Shown: one piece after another, positions 30,443 to 40,487 of the stretch
Numbering within the stretch: the first letter of the stretch is position 1
How the letters are laid out: each line of letters begins with the position of its first letter
Virus record (IMG/VR): IMGVR_UViG_3300032323_001121
Location: 1 to 61,406 of that record
Length of the DNA: 61,406 nt
Origin: a virus
Taxonomy: Duplodnaviria > Caudoviricetes
Strand: one strand, 5' to 3'
Made by a program: the position numbers and the translations under genes
Notes under the pieces: model-generated
Told to the model about the DNA's origin: nothing
What the model saw: the letters and a program-made list of their open reading frames with translations, nothing else
The model's database searches: none

Positions 30443-33398
30443 ATGGCAAGAACTAATCGCAATCTTGAAGGAATGCATCGTTACGCACTTCGTTTTCCTC
30501 ATACATTCAACGAAATTAAACAGTTGGATGGAATTTTACACGAAGAAGACTTGGAGGGTCTTCCAGTTTCTGGATTAAATCACATGAAATCCAGGGAGCA
30601 CAACTTACCAACTGCTTGGGACGATAAAGTAATTTCAGCATATTATGAGGCAGACACACAATAAAGTGTCCTTCACCTCTTCCCGTTTTCGGGAGGGGGT
30701 GTTATAATATGGAGAGAATACCAGGAGCACCTATGACTGAAAAGTACTTGACTCATGAGGAAATGTTAGAAATAGCAGCACAACGAGAAGCAGCAAACGA
30801 ACAAGAAGAAGAAACAACCGAAGAAGATGAAACCAAATGAAAAAGAAAGAACAAACGATTGAGTTTCCTCACGCACAGTTTCCTATTCTTATTATACATA
30901 ACGATGGAAAGGAAATGAAGGACACTAAAAAGTGTTATTTTCAAAATATGAATCATGCTGAAAAATACATTGAAAAATGTAAATTCAAGAAAACAGATTA
31001 TCAATCATTCGTTAAACCTGGAACAAATGTGGAAACTATGGTCTCTAGCACTGGGCGAAAAAGCAAGCAAAAAAAATAACGAAGCAGATTGTGTTGCGGT
31101 CCTTCGTACTGTTATTTTTCTAACTTATCTTACTACAAATATTTTTATAATAAGTGGCGTGATAAGGCATTGGAATGACAACCCCAAAATTTACATTCAA
31201 ATTGATGGAGCTAAAATTGGAAAACCTTTATGATGATGGTGCGTTTTATGTGGAACAATCTAATTGGAAAACTTGGAAAAGTTTTGATAAGGACGGGAAC
31301 GCACTTGTTACTTCACTCGCACAAGAGACTTGTGTTGCCGCCACTCGTTACTATCTCAAGGGAAAACAGGAAGGTTGGGGAGAAACCAAAACTTACTCTG
31401 GTAAAGTAGATGGTAAATTATGAGTGATACTGACCCTACTGCTCCTTGGTACGAATTTTTATCCTACTGCCGTTGTTGTGAGAGTCTAGATAGACCAGTA
31501 AGTATTGGTAGTTTTATGAGATATAGAGCATATCTTAGGGAGATAGGAATATTATGAAAATGTTTAATTGGTTTAATAAAATTGTTAAAGAATATGAGAA
31601 ACCTGAAAATTATGAATTTTTAGTTACTGATACTAATGGAGACAAACATAGTCTTGTTGGACTTTGTGCATCACTTGCAAAAGAAGTTTTAAAACTGGAA
31701 AAACGCATCATAAAACTGGAAGAAGAAAATGTAGAAACAACTAACTGCCTCTATGAAATAGAAAATCGTCTTCAATCACAGATTGACAATATTCATCCAG
31801 TGACTTATAATCTCAAAAACACTAATTGGGATCAGTAAATGACGACAGCAAAACAAGCAAAGGATGAGTTTTTATACCCAACTCCTCCCATCAATCCAGA
31901 TGCAGATGTAAGTTTTCTGGATATTGCAACAATCAATAATCTGAATAATTTTACACATCATGTTAGTTATTTGACTAACATGGCAATTGGTGGTAAGATG
32001 AGACCAAATGATGCTTTTGATGAAATTAAAAAACTTTATAAGGCAATGAAACAATCTCATAAGACATTGAGAGGTTCTTGGTTCTGATGGAAGATTCACT
32101 TAAGATTGTGGAACAACCTGATGGAAGTTTCCAAATAGAATGGGACAAGGACGACCAGAAGTGGAACTGGTTAAACGGCAAGACTTCTGCCGAAATTTCT
32201 GCTATAGTAGAACAAGCAATCCAAGATAGACTGAACCAAAATGACGACTAATTACCAAAAAATTTGGAACACGATGAATGAACTTGAGATGGTGACATCC
32301 AAGATTTGTTCTGCCCGTGAGATTCTGGATAGTGCTGTTGATAGACTTCAAGAGCACCAGTATGATAAAGCAGAAACTCTTTTGTATGCTGCGGATGAAT
32401 TTCTTCAGTATTATCTTGAAGACTTTGATAGGAAATTTAAGGATGCCTGGAAAGAAACCGTAGTCAAACTGAAAGAAGAAGACCCTTGTATGCCGCCTTG
32501 GGGACACAGTGATTTGGAATATCTTTCTAAACTACCCCCAGAAGAACCTAAGCAAGATAAAGTAGTAAAGTGGCAACTTCCTGTTGAGGAAGAAAATGAT
32601 GTTATAACAGGAGAAAAAGAATACTTTATCACCTTTCCAGATGACTTGTTGGAAGCAGCAAATCTTAAGCAAGGTGATGATGTAGAATGGGTGGATAGGA
32701 ATGATGGTAGTTTTCTTCTCCGAAAAACTACACAACCAAAAACTTATGATGGAATGGTTGCGGCAGGATATACTATGACTGCTGATGGTTTCTTGATTAA
32801 GGAGAACTGAAATGGCACTATCACAATCGGTTGAAGAAAATTTAAAAGATGCAGAACAATCTTTGAGAGCAGCACTTGCCTTTGCTGCACGACAAGAACG
32901 ACCTGTAGTATGTTCGGTAATTTCTGACTTGATTAGTCGTATTGAAAGTGTAATGAATACTGATAAACTTCTGGATAAACTGGAGAGTCGTAAATTTGGT
33001 GATACTGGATTCTTTGGAACTGTGTTTGGGGAATAACTATGATTGAACCAAATGAGTTTGGTAAATCCCTACAAGAATGGTGGGATTCTGATGAATGTAA
33101 ACAAATTGAAAAAGCAAGTGAAGAAGCAAAGCAACGTGCAGTAGGAAAGTATTTTATGCTTTCCGAATCTGATAAACTTGATATGGTTCAGGCAATCTGC
33201 CTTATTATGTGTAAGGCAGAGAAAGAAGGAACCAGTCACAGAGGACTGCAAGATGCTCTAGGAATCTATCCTACTGGGTTCTGGGTAGACCATCTTATGG
33301 AAGTTCATAATGCTCTGTGGTCTTATTATCACGATAAAAAACAAAAGCAAGAATTAGAAAAAGATATAGAAAACTTACAAGACTTTATGGAAACCTAA
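30443..33398 (+). other. Cluster of small hypothetical ORFs (30443, 30837, 31175, 31554, 31839, 32241, 32812, 33039)
   Basis: Tightly packed + strand ORFs; 32241 ends in an AbrB/MazE-like motif (FITFPDDLLEAANLKQGDDVEW). Confidence 0.6.
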
Positions 33399-33649
33399 AG
33401 ATATTCTTAAGGAAATACCATATTCATAGATAGTGTGTTAGGATTGCAACACATATATGAAAACCCCTATGGAATTAAGCACCGAAGAATGGAACGAACT
33501 GGTAGCATTAAAAGAAGCAATCAATTATAATCCAGCATCAGTTCATCCGCAGAAGATGGAACTATTCACAGAACTTCTTGTGAGGTCTTGGAGTGAAAAA
33601 ACAGAAGTTATGACCTTTGATAAATAATCAAAGGTCTTTTTGTATCTAA

Positions 33650-34339
33650 ATGATTTCGGAAGCAAGTAAGAGAGAAAAGATTGCTAATGCTGTTCTTGGT
33701 GCAACATTTGCATTAAGTGCGGCACAATCTCCTAAAGACTTTGTAAGAACAGGAAATATTGAAAGTCCTGGTGCTGCTCTGATGCAAACTTGGGGAAGAA
33801 AAAGAGGAGAAGCAGAAAGAAATCTAGATAGTGGTAGAGTTTCACATCCAGCAAGAAATAAAAAAATGAAGAAAACACTTAAAGAGTTTTTGGAAGAAGC
33901 ATACCTTTACGAGATGCGTAAAGAAGATAAAGTCAAGGGGAAGCAAAAAACTCCTATGTATTTGGCAAGAACTTCGGGAAGTGTGAAAAAAACTCCAGAA
34001 GGTAAGTGGGAATTGGAGAAAATGAAACTTAAGAGACCTAATCCAGATGCGGTGATAGGAAGAATGCGTCAAGGAATGACACCTAAACCTGGAGATGCTC
34101 CACACCCAGGATGGGGAAGTGAGAGAGAACAACTTCGCAGACATGAGCACGGAGGTGGTGGAAGTGGTGCTAAAGACAATAAACCAGGTGAACTTCGTGG
34201 TAAGAAGAAAGTTCCAGGGGCAAAGGTAGAACGCAATTGGAATACCGATGGTCCAAGTCCACAAATGAAAGTGGGTTGGGCAAAATCAGCTAGAGCAAAT
34301 AAAGGGAAGGATATTTTCAGTAGAAAAACAACACTATAG
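33650..34339 (+). CDS. Basic protein, putative internal head protein
   Basis: Internal KTLKEFLEEA motif; TAAATA upstream. Confidence 0.5.
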   Translation: MISEASKREKIANAVLGATFALSAAQSPKDFVRTGNIESPGAALMQTWGRKRGEAERNLDSGRVSHPARNKKMKKTLKEFLEEAYLYEMRKEDKVKGKQKTPMYLARTSGSVKKTPEGKWELEKMKLKRPNPDAVIGRMRQGMTPKPGDAPHPGWGSEREQLRRHEHGGGGSGAKDNKPGELRGKKKVPGAKVERNWNTDGPSPQMKVGWAKSARANKGKDIFSRKTTL

Positions 34340-34343
34340 TAGA

Positions 34344-34988
34344 ATGAAAACTTTTCAAAAGTTTATTGCTGAAGCATATTTGATTGAGGGAAGAAGATTT
34401 GTTCCCAAAGACGAAGCACAAGCAAAACTTGATAAAATGTCTCCAGAAGAAAGAGAGAAAAGATCTCTTAGAAATTCAGGAGCAAATCGAGGTGGATGGG
34501 GAACAAAATTAAAAGATTCACTTAAAAAACAAAAGAAAAGAAGATCTGAAACATTAAATCCACTAACAAAAAATGAATTAGAAAGTCAAGCAAAAAAAGA
34601 TTTGTCAAGGAAAAACCCAAGTGAACTAGCTTCTATTGCGTTTGACCGTGAAGAAGATGCAAGAAAAAAGAAAAAAGAAGCAGCAAGAAGATTGACGAAA
34701 AAAACTGGAATCAAACACGTTCAAGATCATATTCAACCACTTCAACAAGATAAGAGGAACCCTAAATACCGAAAACGATTCGAAAGAGCAAGTCCTGGTG
34801 ATGTTGCATCAAACCTTCAAGTAACGTCAGAACCAAAAAATTTAATAAAGGGATCTAAACCTCCTAAAAAAGGACAACGTGGTTACGGTACAACAAGATC
34901 TGGTGCAATTAGACAAAGACTAGATAAAGCACAAAAGTTTTCGGACAAATTAGATAGACTTATATCTAGTGTAAGGTCGCAAGGATAA
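34344..34988 (+). CDS. Basic protein with capsid-targeting-like N-terminus and HNH-like motif
   Basis: MKTFQKFIAEA; HVQDHIQPL...NLQV...KN. Confidence 0.55.
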   Translation: MKTFQKFIAEAYLIEGRRFVPKDEAQAKLDKMSPEEREKRSLRNSGANRGGWGTKLKDSLKKQKKRRSETLNPLTKNELESQAKKDLSRKNPSELASIAFDREEDARKKKKEAARRLTKKTGIKHVQDHIQPLQQDKRNPKYRKRFERASPGDVASNLQVTSEPKNLIKGSKPPKKGQRGYGTTRSGAIRQRLDKAQKFSDKLDRLISSVRSQG

Positions 34989-35005
34989 ATAACTAAAAAA
35001 GATAT

Positions 35006-35836
35006 ATGAAAACCTTTCAAGAGTTTATTACCGAAGCAAAGAAGTGCTGGCCTGGTTATAAGAAAAAAGGCACCAAAAAACTATTTGGAAAGACTTATAA
35101 TAATTGTGTAAAAGAAGAAGTTGAATTGGAAGAAAGTTCAACTGGTGAAAGAAGTAGAGGACGAGCTACTTTAGGTCGTGCTGGAAATAAGATGGACCGA
35201 GGAGAAAGATCTGTTGCTGCAATTGCAAAGAAAGCAGGATTGAAAGGAACTGGTAAGTATTCCACTAAAGATTTGAGAACGAGAGCAAGAGATTATACAA
35301 CTTATGATAGTGATGATGATATGGATGATGCTGGAAGCACAAAACAAGACCATTTCATTCGCACATATTCATCAGCAAGAAAGGCAGCAAAGGCTGAAAG
35401 ACTTATTAGTAAGGTAAAACCAGCAGGAAGAAATGCATCTGGTATGACTAAACTCAAAACTGCACCTTCAAGTGAAAGTGTAAGAAGAGTGAAAGATTTG
35501 AGAAAGCAGATGGTCAAATCAGGTGCTTCTAAAACTGGAAAAGTTCATACTGTAGATATTATGCATCGTGATAGTGATGTTGGTAAAGGTGATAGAAACC
35601 AACGAATGGAAAGGGGTAGAAACTTTATTCAAGCAGTTAAAGATACTCCAAAACAATTGAAGAAAGCAGGAGCAAAGAAAGGTGATACTGTAATTGGAAA
35701 ACCAACAGCAGTTATGCCTGGTGAAGATAAGAAAACTGGTGAAGAAAAGAGAGGAAAACTTTATAAAAAGATTTTTGGTAAGAAATCTACCAAAGCAAGT
35801 CCCAAAACAGGATTAATGGTAGGAAAAGTAGATTAA
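35006..35836 (+). CDS. Basic putative internal head protein
   Basis: MKTFQEFITEA N-terminus, Lys/Arg-rich. Confidence 0.6.
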   Translation: MKTFQEFITEAKKCWPGYKKKGTKKLFGKTYNNCVKEEVELEESSTGERSRGRATLGRAGNKMDRGERSVAAIAKKAGLKGTGKYSTKDLRTRARDYTTYDSDDDMDDAGSTKQDHFIRTYSSARKAAKAERLISKVKPAGRNASGMTKLKTAPSSESVRRVKDLRKQMVKSGASKTGKVHTVDIMHRDSDVGKGDRNQRMERGRNFIQAVKDTPKQLKKAGAKKGDTVIGKPTAVMPGEDKKTGEEKRGKLYKKIFGKKSTKASPKTGLMVGKVD

Positions 35837-36135
35837 TGAAAACATTTAGAGAGTTTTTATATGAGGCATCTACAACACAGAGATTGAAAATTGCAACAGC
35901 AAAGTTAATTGCAAAAAATCCAAATAATTCTGTATATAAAACTCTATTGAATAGAATTAGGGAAAGGCAAGCACCACTATATCCAGATTATCCAGGAAGA
36001 GAATCTGCCAGAAAAGATAAGACCCTAATTCCATCTGGAAGAACATCAAGTTTTCCAGAACTTGAAGGAATATCTACAAGAACTAAAAATCCCAAGAAGT
36101 TAAGAAAACAAAAAGCATTAGGTGAGTTATCATAA
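35836..36135 (+). CDS. Basic putative internal head protein
   Basis: MKTFREFLYEA N-terminus. Confidence 0.55.
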   Translation: MKTFREFLYEASTTQRLKIATAKLIAKNPNNSVYKTLLNRIRERQAPLYPDYPGRESARKDKTLIPSGRTSSFPELEGISTRTKNPKKLRKQKALGELS

Positions 36136-36167
36136 ATATATAAATAAATACAAAACCATTTGTAGCA

Positions 36168-36755
36168 ATGAACTCACAAGAACTTAACAATCTTCACGAA
36201 GCTTACTTGGATGTCTACACAGATATTGATGAAGAGAGAGCAGAAGGTGTAAGACCTTATAAAGCAGGACCAACTCAAGCAGAAGTTAGAGCAGACGCAA
36301 AAAAATCAGAAAAATCAAAACAAGACAAAGACAAAGACAAAGCAGGTTATGGTCCTGAAGACAAGTTTAAGAGTGATTGGAAGCTAAGAGCAGTACCCTC
36401 TTCGACAAGTAAGAGAAAAACAGGAGAAACAGAAACTGTTTCTCAAAGAATGAATAGAGAAGCTCCATATAAAACAAGACCATTCTCTCCATTATTCACA
36501 AAACAGGGAAGTCGCACTGCTTCTGCTGTAACTAGAGCAACTGAAGGACCAGGTGAACCACAATCAGTTACAATGCCTAGAATGAAGTCAAAAGCATCAA
36601 AGGAAATCGTTAGAAAAAATCTAAACAATTCTTATGACCTCTATGATGTAATCCTTTCATATCTTCTTGATGAAGGATATGCTGATACTTTTGAAAGTGC
36701 AGAAGCAATTATGGTGAATATGAGTGAAGAGTGGAGAGACAGCATCATCGGTTGA
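36168..36755 (+). CDS. Late protein with YDLYDxILSxLLDEGYA...MSEEW motif
   Basis: Motif shared with 39395..40138; TATAAATA upstream. Confidence 0.6.
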   Translation: MNSQELNNLHEAYLDVYTDIDEERAEGVRPYKAGPTQAEVRADAKKSEKSKQDKDKDKAGYGPEDKFKSDWKLRAVPSSTSKRKTGETETVSQRMNREAPYKTRPFSPLFTKQGSRTASAVTRATEGPGEPQSVTMPRMKSKASKEIVRKNLNNSYDLYDVILSYLLDEGYADTFESAEAIMVNMSEEWRDSIIG

Positions 36756-36832
36756 TACCACTTCCCAAACCGGCACAAGACCCCTCCCAGGGGTCTTTTT
36801 TTATGCTATGATACTGGAAACCAAAGAACACT

Positions 36833-37243
36833 ATGGAACTCACAATCGTTGCTTACAAACTTGAAAATGGGATGTGGGCATTTGACCACCCCCATAACAA
36901 TACAGTTCAAGAACTACTCCTAAATGGAACCGAAGAAGCAATTGACGAGCACTTTTACTTTGAAAGTGGACGATATCCAGTTGAAAAGGACCAAATGGAA
37001 ATCATTTTGAATACAGAAGAACCTGATGATTACGATACTCTGCTTGTAAAAGAAGTTGGTGATGATGATGGAACGACTTATACTGATACAACACTTTGTG
37101 CTCCTGTGTGGCTTTGTAACTGGAACCAAGGATACTTTGGATTTGTGCCCGAAGAACTTTATGTAAAAGTGCGTCCCATCAATAAAGGTTTGGAAGGATT
37201 TGTAAATAGGACTGGGATGCGAGGTCTTTTGAACCGTCCCTGA
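36833..37243 (+). CDS. Hypothetical protein (DUF6717-like)
   Basis: W.FD...E.L..G....ID, VWLC...YFG..PE.LYV. Confidence 0.55.
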   Translation: MELTIVAYKLENGMWAFDHPHNNTVQELLLNGTEEAIDEHFYFESGRYPVEKDQMEIILNTEEPDDYDTLLVKEVGDDDGTTYTDTTLCAPVWLCNWNQGYFGFVPEELYVKVRPINKGLEGFVNRTGMRGLLNRP

Positions 37244-37277
37244 CCCCTTGCTGGACCCCCAGAGGACATAAAATTTA

Positions 37278-37655
37278 TTATTTGGATATAGAATAACCTA
37301 AAGAAGTTAGATAATCTATTGCCCAATTTTCTTTATCTACATATTCAGTAAAAATTACTCTATTTTTACTATTTTCTGATTTAGATGTCCATTCTAAATT
37401 TTCAATATTGTAATTGCTTCTATTTCTGTCTTTGTGATTTACTTCAGGTAATAAATTTGGATTTGCGATATAATATTCTGCGACCAATCTATGAATTGCT
37501 TTCATTCTCCATTTTCCACAATCATCTTTGATTGTTACTACAGGATAACCAAATGAATTTAATGAGGGTTTTAGACTTTTTCCCTTTCCTAATGAAGAAT
37601 ATACATCTCCATTCATATAAATTTTGTAATTTGAAAAACCTTCTATAATTTTCAT
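37278..37655 (-). CDS. HNH homing endonuclease (NUMOD4/HNH type)
   Basis: IHRLVAEYYI.NP..LPEVNHKDRNRSN..IENLEW....N. Confidence 0.85.
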   Translation of the reverse strand: MKIIEGFSNYKIYMNGDVYSSLGKGKSLKPSLNSFGYPVVTIKDDCGKWRMKAIHRLVAEYYIANPNLLPEVNHKDRNRSNYNIENLEWTSKSENSKNRVIFTEYVDKENWAIDYLTSLGYSISK

Positions 37656-37780
37656 ATAACTATGATAATGTTAATCATAGTTATTTATACGAGTGTGCCA
37701 CTCATAGAACTGACACAAGGTCCTTCCGCAGCACCCCAAAACGTGTTATAATTACTAGGTAATCAAATGAATGGGGCACG

Positions 37781-38011
37781 ATGGAAGTTCTTGAGATTAG
37801 CACCTCTGGTGCGATTGCTAAACTTTCTTTTAATGACGAAGACAACACTGTTGGTGTTGCTTACACTTACAAACCTGATAAGTTTTATGTCTTCAAGTGT
37901 GATAGTATTGAAGGTTTCAAAGGCAAACTTCGCAACACCTTTAATGCTGGTGAAAGTGTTGGTAAGATGATTTCTCAAATGAAGAAAGATGGTGTCCTTG
38001 TGACTGTCTAA
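37781..38011 (+). CDS. Small KTSC-like protein
   Basis: S.AI..LSF....TV.V.Y......Y.F...ESVGK pattern. Confidence 0.45.
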   Translation: MEVLEISTSGAIAKLSFNDEDNTVGVAYTYKPDKFYVFKCDSIEGFKGKLRNTFNAGESVGKMISQMKKDGVLVTV

Positions 38012-38026
38012 ATCTTTATTTTTTCT

Positions 38027-38100
38027 GCTCGTTTAGCAATCTGTTTGAATGCAGCGTTCTCATAAAGCGCCGAAGGTGGGTTAGATTCCCACAACGAGCA
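38027..38100 (+). tRNA. tRNA-Met/Ile2(CAT)
   Basis: Acceptor GCTCGTT/AACGAGC; loop CTCATAA. Confidence 0.8.
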
Positions 38101-38225
38101 CTCGCCGTGGTTCAAAACTTTAGATGAGAGCAGTGGGGCACTTATCAAAAAGGTTTGATTTAGATTCACAACCACACGGCACACTTGACTATTGTGATTT
38201 TTTGAGTTATGATAGTCTTATACAA

Positions 38226-38507
38226 GCGAGTATGGTGGAATCGGTAGACACACCAGACTTATGAAAATTGAGCCTCATTTAGGAAACTTTATGAGTGTAA
38301 TTCCTCAAATTCGGTGAAACCTGTAAAATGGCAATACCGAGCCAAGCATCGCAAGATGAAGGTGTAGAGACTAGACGGGGAACATCTAAACCAAAAGGTA
38401 TGATGAAGGTATAGTCCAGACCACAAACCGAAAGGGTAGTGAAAACTATAGTGGTAAGAAAATCTGTTGGGCGTATGCCCGTGGGAGTTCAAGTCTCCCT
38501 ACTCGCA
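38226..38507 (+). tRNA. trnL: tRNA-Leu(TAA) interrupted by a group I intron (exons 38226-38260, 38459-38507)
   Basis: Joined exons give CCAGA-CTTAAAA-TCTG anticodon arm, a long variable arm and acceptor GCGAGTA/TACTCGC. Confidence 0.9.
38261..38458 (+). ncRNA. Group I intron, trnL(UAA)-type, no ORF
   Basis: AATTGAGCC..GGAAAC..TCAAATTC.G.GAAACC, GGCAATAC.GAGCCAA, GTAGAGACT, ATAGTCC core; follows U34 and ends in G. Confidence 0.88.
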
Positions 38508-38528
38508 TTATATAATAAAAAAAGTTAT

Positions 38529-39368
38529 ATGAAACAGTTCCCATTAAAGACGGCCTTAAGATATCCTGGAGGCAAGAGCAAAGCACTCAAAACACTTGCT
38601 CCTTGGTTTCCAAGTGATTTCAAAGAGTTTCGTGAACCCTTCTTGGGTGGTGGAAGTATTTCTTTAATGGTTTCGCAGAACTACCCAAAAGTTCCTATCT
38701 GGGTAAACGACAAGTATTATTACTTGTATAACTTTTGGGTTCAACTTCGTGATAATGGACAAGTTCTCAAAGATAAATTAAGAGCAATCAAAGAAAAAGT
38801 TCTTAATGACGACAACGCACACCAAGAACTCTTTAATGATTACTCTCATACGATTGGTAATCTTGAACCATTAGAACAAGCAGTTGCGTTCTTTGTGATG
38901 AATAAGTGTTCTTATTCTGGTCTTACAGAGAACTCAACATTTTCAGTTCAAGCATCACGTTCTAACTTCTCGTTAGTTGGTATTGATAAACTTCCACGAT
39001 ATTCTTATATCATCAAAGACTGGAAGATTACTAATATTGATTATGAGGAAGTAATGAACGCAGAGGGTGATGGTGTGTTTGTATTTCTTGACCCACCTTA
39101 TGATATTAAGGATTTCCTTTATGGAACTGGTAGAAAACTTCACTCATCATTCTCTCACGAAAGATTTGCTGATGATGTGGATAAATGCCCTCATCGTTTT
39201 ATGATTACTTACAATCTTAATGATTGGATATTAAGTCGTTATAAAGAGTATAATATAGATGAATGGAAGTTGAGGTATTCTATGGTTCATCGTGGTGAGA
39301 AAGGAACACAAGATAATGTGAAAACCGAATTGCTGATTACGAATTATAAACTTGATACAGTTTTATAA
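38529..39368 (+). CDS. dam: DNA adenine methyltransferase (Dam/D12 class)
   Basis: LRYPGGKS, EPFLGGGS, FLDPPY, FMITYN, ELLITNY. Confidence 0.9.
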   Translation: MKQFPLKTALRYPGGKSKALKTLAPWFPSDFKEFREPFLGGGSISLMVSQNYPKVPIWVNDKYYYLYNFWVQLRDNGQVLKDKLRAIKEKVLNDDNAHQELFNDYSHTIGNLEPLEQAVAFFVMNKCSYSGLTENSTFSVQASRSNFSLVGIDKLPRYSYIIKDWKITNIDYEEVMNAEGDGVFVFLDPPYDIKDFLYGTGRKLHSSFSHERFADDVDKCPHRFMITYNLNDWILSRYKEYNIDEWKLRYSMVHRGEKGTQDNVKTELLITNYKLDTVL

Positions 39369-39394
39369 ATACTTTGATAGAACTGTAAAAGCAA

Positions 39395-40138
39395 ATGAAT
39401 TATAGGGACTTACAAAACATTTCAAATCTCTCTCAAGAAATTTTAATTGAGGGAGCAAAGGAAGAGCACAACGTGCTGAACCGTTGGCCTTATACTTCTC
39501 CTTATCTTCAAGAATCAACTGAAGTTGAAGAAGGATATAAAGACCTTGGTGATAAAGCAAGAGATAAGGGACATCAATTATTAAATAAATCAAAAAAAAC
39601 TGCTACTCGTGGAAATATGTATGCTGGAACACTCCCCAGCAATACTCCCGAAGGTGAAAATTTAAAACAAAGAGCAAGTCAGCAATTTGCTGTTAGTGCG
39701 TTTCACAATCCAGAAAAGGCACAAGCAAAGGCAGCAGCAAACAAAGCAAAAGGTGAGAATAGGAAAAAGGCGTTTGGAAATAGGTTAATGAGAAGTGATG
39801 GGCAAGGTATTCGTGATAGTTATGAGTATGACCTCTACGACATCATTCTTTCACACCTTCTTGATGAAGGATATGCTGAAACACAAGAACAAGCAGAAGT
39901 CATTATGGTGAATATGAGTGAGGGTTGGAGAGAGAGTATTATGGAAGGTGAAGAAGATTATAAACCACTTCCAAGAAGAAAAATGCTCAATAAATCAAAT
40001 AAACTTCGTAAGTCTGGTGATGTTAATAAAAAGGCTAGATCTGCTGATATTGAACATCAGTTAAGAGCACATTCTCCAGAAGCTTCTAAAACATCAAGTT
40101 ATGTGAATAGAGCATATGGTCGTGGTAGCGACAATTGA
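39395..40138 (+). CDS. Late protein with YDLYDIILSHLLDEGYA motif
   Basis: Paralogous segment with 36168..36755. Confidence 0.6.
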   Translation: MNYRDLQNISNLSQEILIEGAKEEHNVLNRWPYTSPYLQESTEVEEGYKDLGDKARDKGHQLLNKSKKTATRGNMYAGTLPSNTPEGENLKQRASQQFAVSAFHNPEKAQAKAAANKAKGENRKKAFGNRLMRSDGQGIRDSYEYDLYDIILSHLLDEGYAETQEQAEVIMVNMSEGWRESIMEGEEDYKPLPRRKMLNKSNKLRKSGDVNKKARSADIEHQLRAHSPEASKTSSYVNRAYGRGSDN

Positions 40139-40209
40139 TACCACTTCCCAAACTGACACAAGACCCCTCCAAGGGGTCTTTTTTATGATATAGTGTTTAT
40201 ACATAACAT

Positions 40210-40238
40210 TTGACAAAACTCTAAAAAACTGGTATATA
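40210..40238 (+). promoter_or_regulatory. Sigma70-type promoter of the tRNA-array leader
   Basis: TTGACA-17 nt-TATATA. Confidence 0.6.
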
Positions 40239-40259
40239 TAATATACACAAGAACAAACA

Positions 40260-40358
40260 ATGACTAATCTCCATTCACAACCAAAGAGTGATTATCCGAT
40301 GAACCGCTGGTTTATTGGAGAGACCCTCTTGGTTGCGAATATGATAAGTCAAAGTTAA
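40260..40358 (+). CDS. Putative attenuator leader peptide MTNLHSQPKSDYPMNRWFIGETLLVANMISQS
   Basis: 32 codons, 19 different amino acids; overlaps alternative RNA helices. Confidence 0.65.
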   Translation: MTNLHSQPKSDYPMNRWFIGETLLVANMISQS

Positions 40359-40381
40359 AAGACAAATCATAAAAAGCAACG

Positions 40382-40417
40382 AAGAGGGAGAATCCAAAAG
40401 ATTCCCCCTCTTTTTTT
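40382..40417 (+). terminator. Intrinsic terminator (attenuator 3:4 helix)
   Basis: GAGGGAGAATC-CAAAA-GATTCCCCCTC followed by T7. Confidence 0.8.
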
Positions 40418-40487
40418 ATGGTCTTGTGCCACTTGTGCTACTGGCACACTCAAAGAGCACGGACCTCAAAACGTGGTATTCTTAAAG

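Noticed and set aside
38289-38528. Intron-encoded ORF, or a dam start at 38439
   Set aside because: These overlap the intron core and tRNA exon 2. dam most plausibly starts at ATG 38529, and the intron has no endonuclease ORF.
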